From: Diadema antillarum
Lineage: Eukaryota
Length of the DNA stretch: 64,000 nucleotides
Assembly: GCF_040938485.1 (NCBI RefSeq)
Contig: NW_027271368.1
Location: 1,240,001 to 1,304,000, forward strand
Reading direction: 5' to 3'
The notes under the pieces were generated by a model. It saw only the letters and a list, made by a program, of their open reading frames with translations, was not told the DNA's origin and did not search any database. The first letter of the stretch is position 1. Each line of letters opens with the position of its first letter. Shown here piece by piece: positions 63,284 through 64,000 of this stretch. A program made the position numbers and the translations under genes.

Positions 63284-64000
63284 CCCTAACTAGGCCGGGG
63301 GGGGGGCTTCGTGCCCCCCCCCCCTCGACGTTCCGCGCGATGTATCGCAATTGCAAAAGCTATCGCCGCGACGTTTCATGACTTCTTTTTTTCGAGTCTC
63401 CTGCATCTTTTGACACCAAATTTGCGACGCCTGGACGCGTGGTTCCGAAGTTACGCATAGATATGTACATGCATGTCAGACCCAAAATTGCTCAAAAAAC
63501 GTGAATTCGTGTACAATTTCAATGCAAACTGTGCTTACAGGCAAATTTCATAAAAGCTTGACTATTTTGGTGTTTTATTGATTAAAATCAATGAATAACA
63601 TATTTTCTTGTTCGGAGTGATGTCGCGGACAAATTTCATCGAAAAGACAATGAAAAACAAAAAGTAAAAAAAACAGAAAAACATAAGAAATAAAAAAAAA
63701 CAATAAAATACTTAAGAATTTTTTCTGATTATCACACTTTTTTGTTATTACATTTGCTATGGACACTAAAAAGAATATTTACACAAAAAATGTGCCTGTT
63801 TTGAGCTTTATTTTGTGATTTATACAAATAGTCTGATTTCATGCATCATTATGCATAAATTAGCATAATTTAGCATAAATGATAATTTTTTTTTGAAAAA
63901 TTAACTTCAAGGTATTTTAGATTACATCATAGGCAATGTGTGTGCCAATTTTTGTCGCGATCGTGCGGTCGATGGCCGAGATCTGGAGGGGGAACCATTT
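63284..64000 (-). mobile_element. piggyBac-type MITE, inverted relative of 28566-29336, truncated by window end
   Basis: TTAA|CCCTAACTAGGCCGGG; internal segments (GCTCAAAAAACGTGAATT, GGCCGAGATCT) are reverse complements of the copy in the HINE. Confidence 0.7.

Noticed and set aside
62277-64000. RLR C-terminal (CTD/RD) exon
   Set aside because: No open, splice-bounded segment with CxxC motifs found. It is presumed to lie beyond the window, so its absence is not claimed.

Overview
Eukaryotic, AT-rich, repeat-dense animal DNA. The repeat families and gene set look like a marine invertebrate deuterostome such as an echinoid; this is inference only. The window has three zones. (1) 1-21 kb is a transposon stack. 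It holds a 5'-truncated CR1-group LINE (2047-4987) and then a young BEL/Pao LTR retrotransposon (5124-20869; 409-bp LTRs differing at 1 site by eye, 6-bp TSD CTTTTG). The BEL gag-pol ORF is split by a 7.9-kb TIR element (10947-18836; 32-bp TIRs, 2-bp TSD, large subterminal tandem arrays). The BEL element has no tRNA-type PBS. Instead, the 13 nt immediately after the 5' LTR are perfectly complementary to the predicted transcript start inside the LTR, the geometry of Tf1-type self-priming. (2) 23.7-47.9 kb is a tandem duplication of a six-exon carbonyl reductase (CBR1-like SDR) gene. Both copies are intact, and they diverge mostly in the substrate loop. (3) 50.3 kb to the end is a RIG-I-like receptor gene that runs off the window. 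It has a probable N-terminal death-effector-domain exon, a second phase-compatible first exon lacking it, a very long disordered linker, and degenerate helicase motifs I, III, V and VI (candidate pseudo-ATPase). Many MITEs, HINE/Helentron-type elements and tRNA-derived SINEs fill introns and spacers. There are three assembly gaps (35976-36114, 36283-36472, 40849-41011). All exon models and alignments were read by eye; no searches were run.
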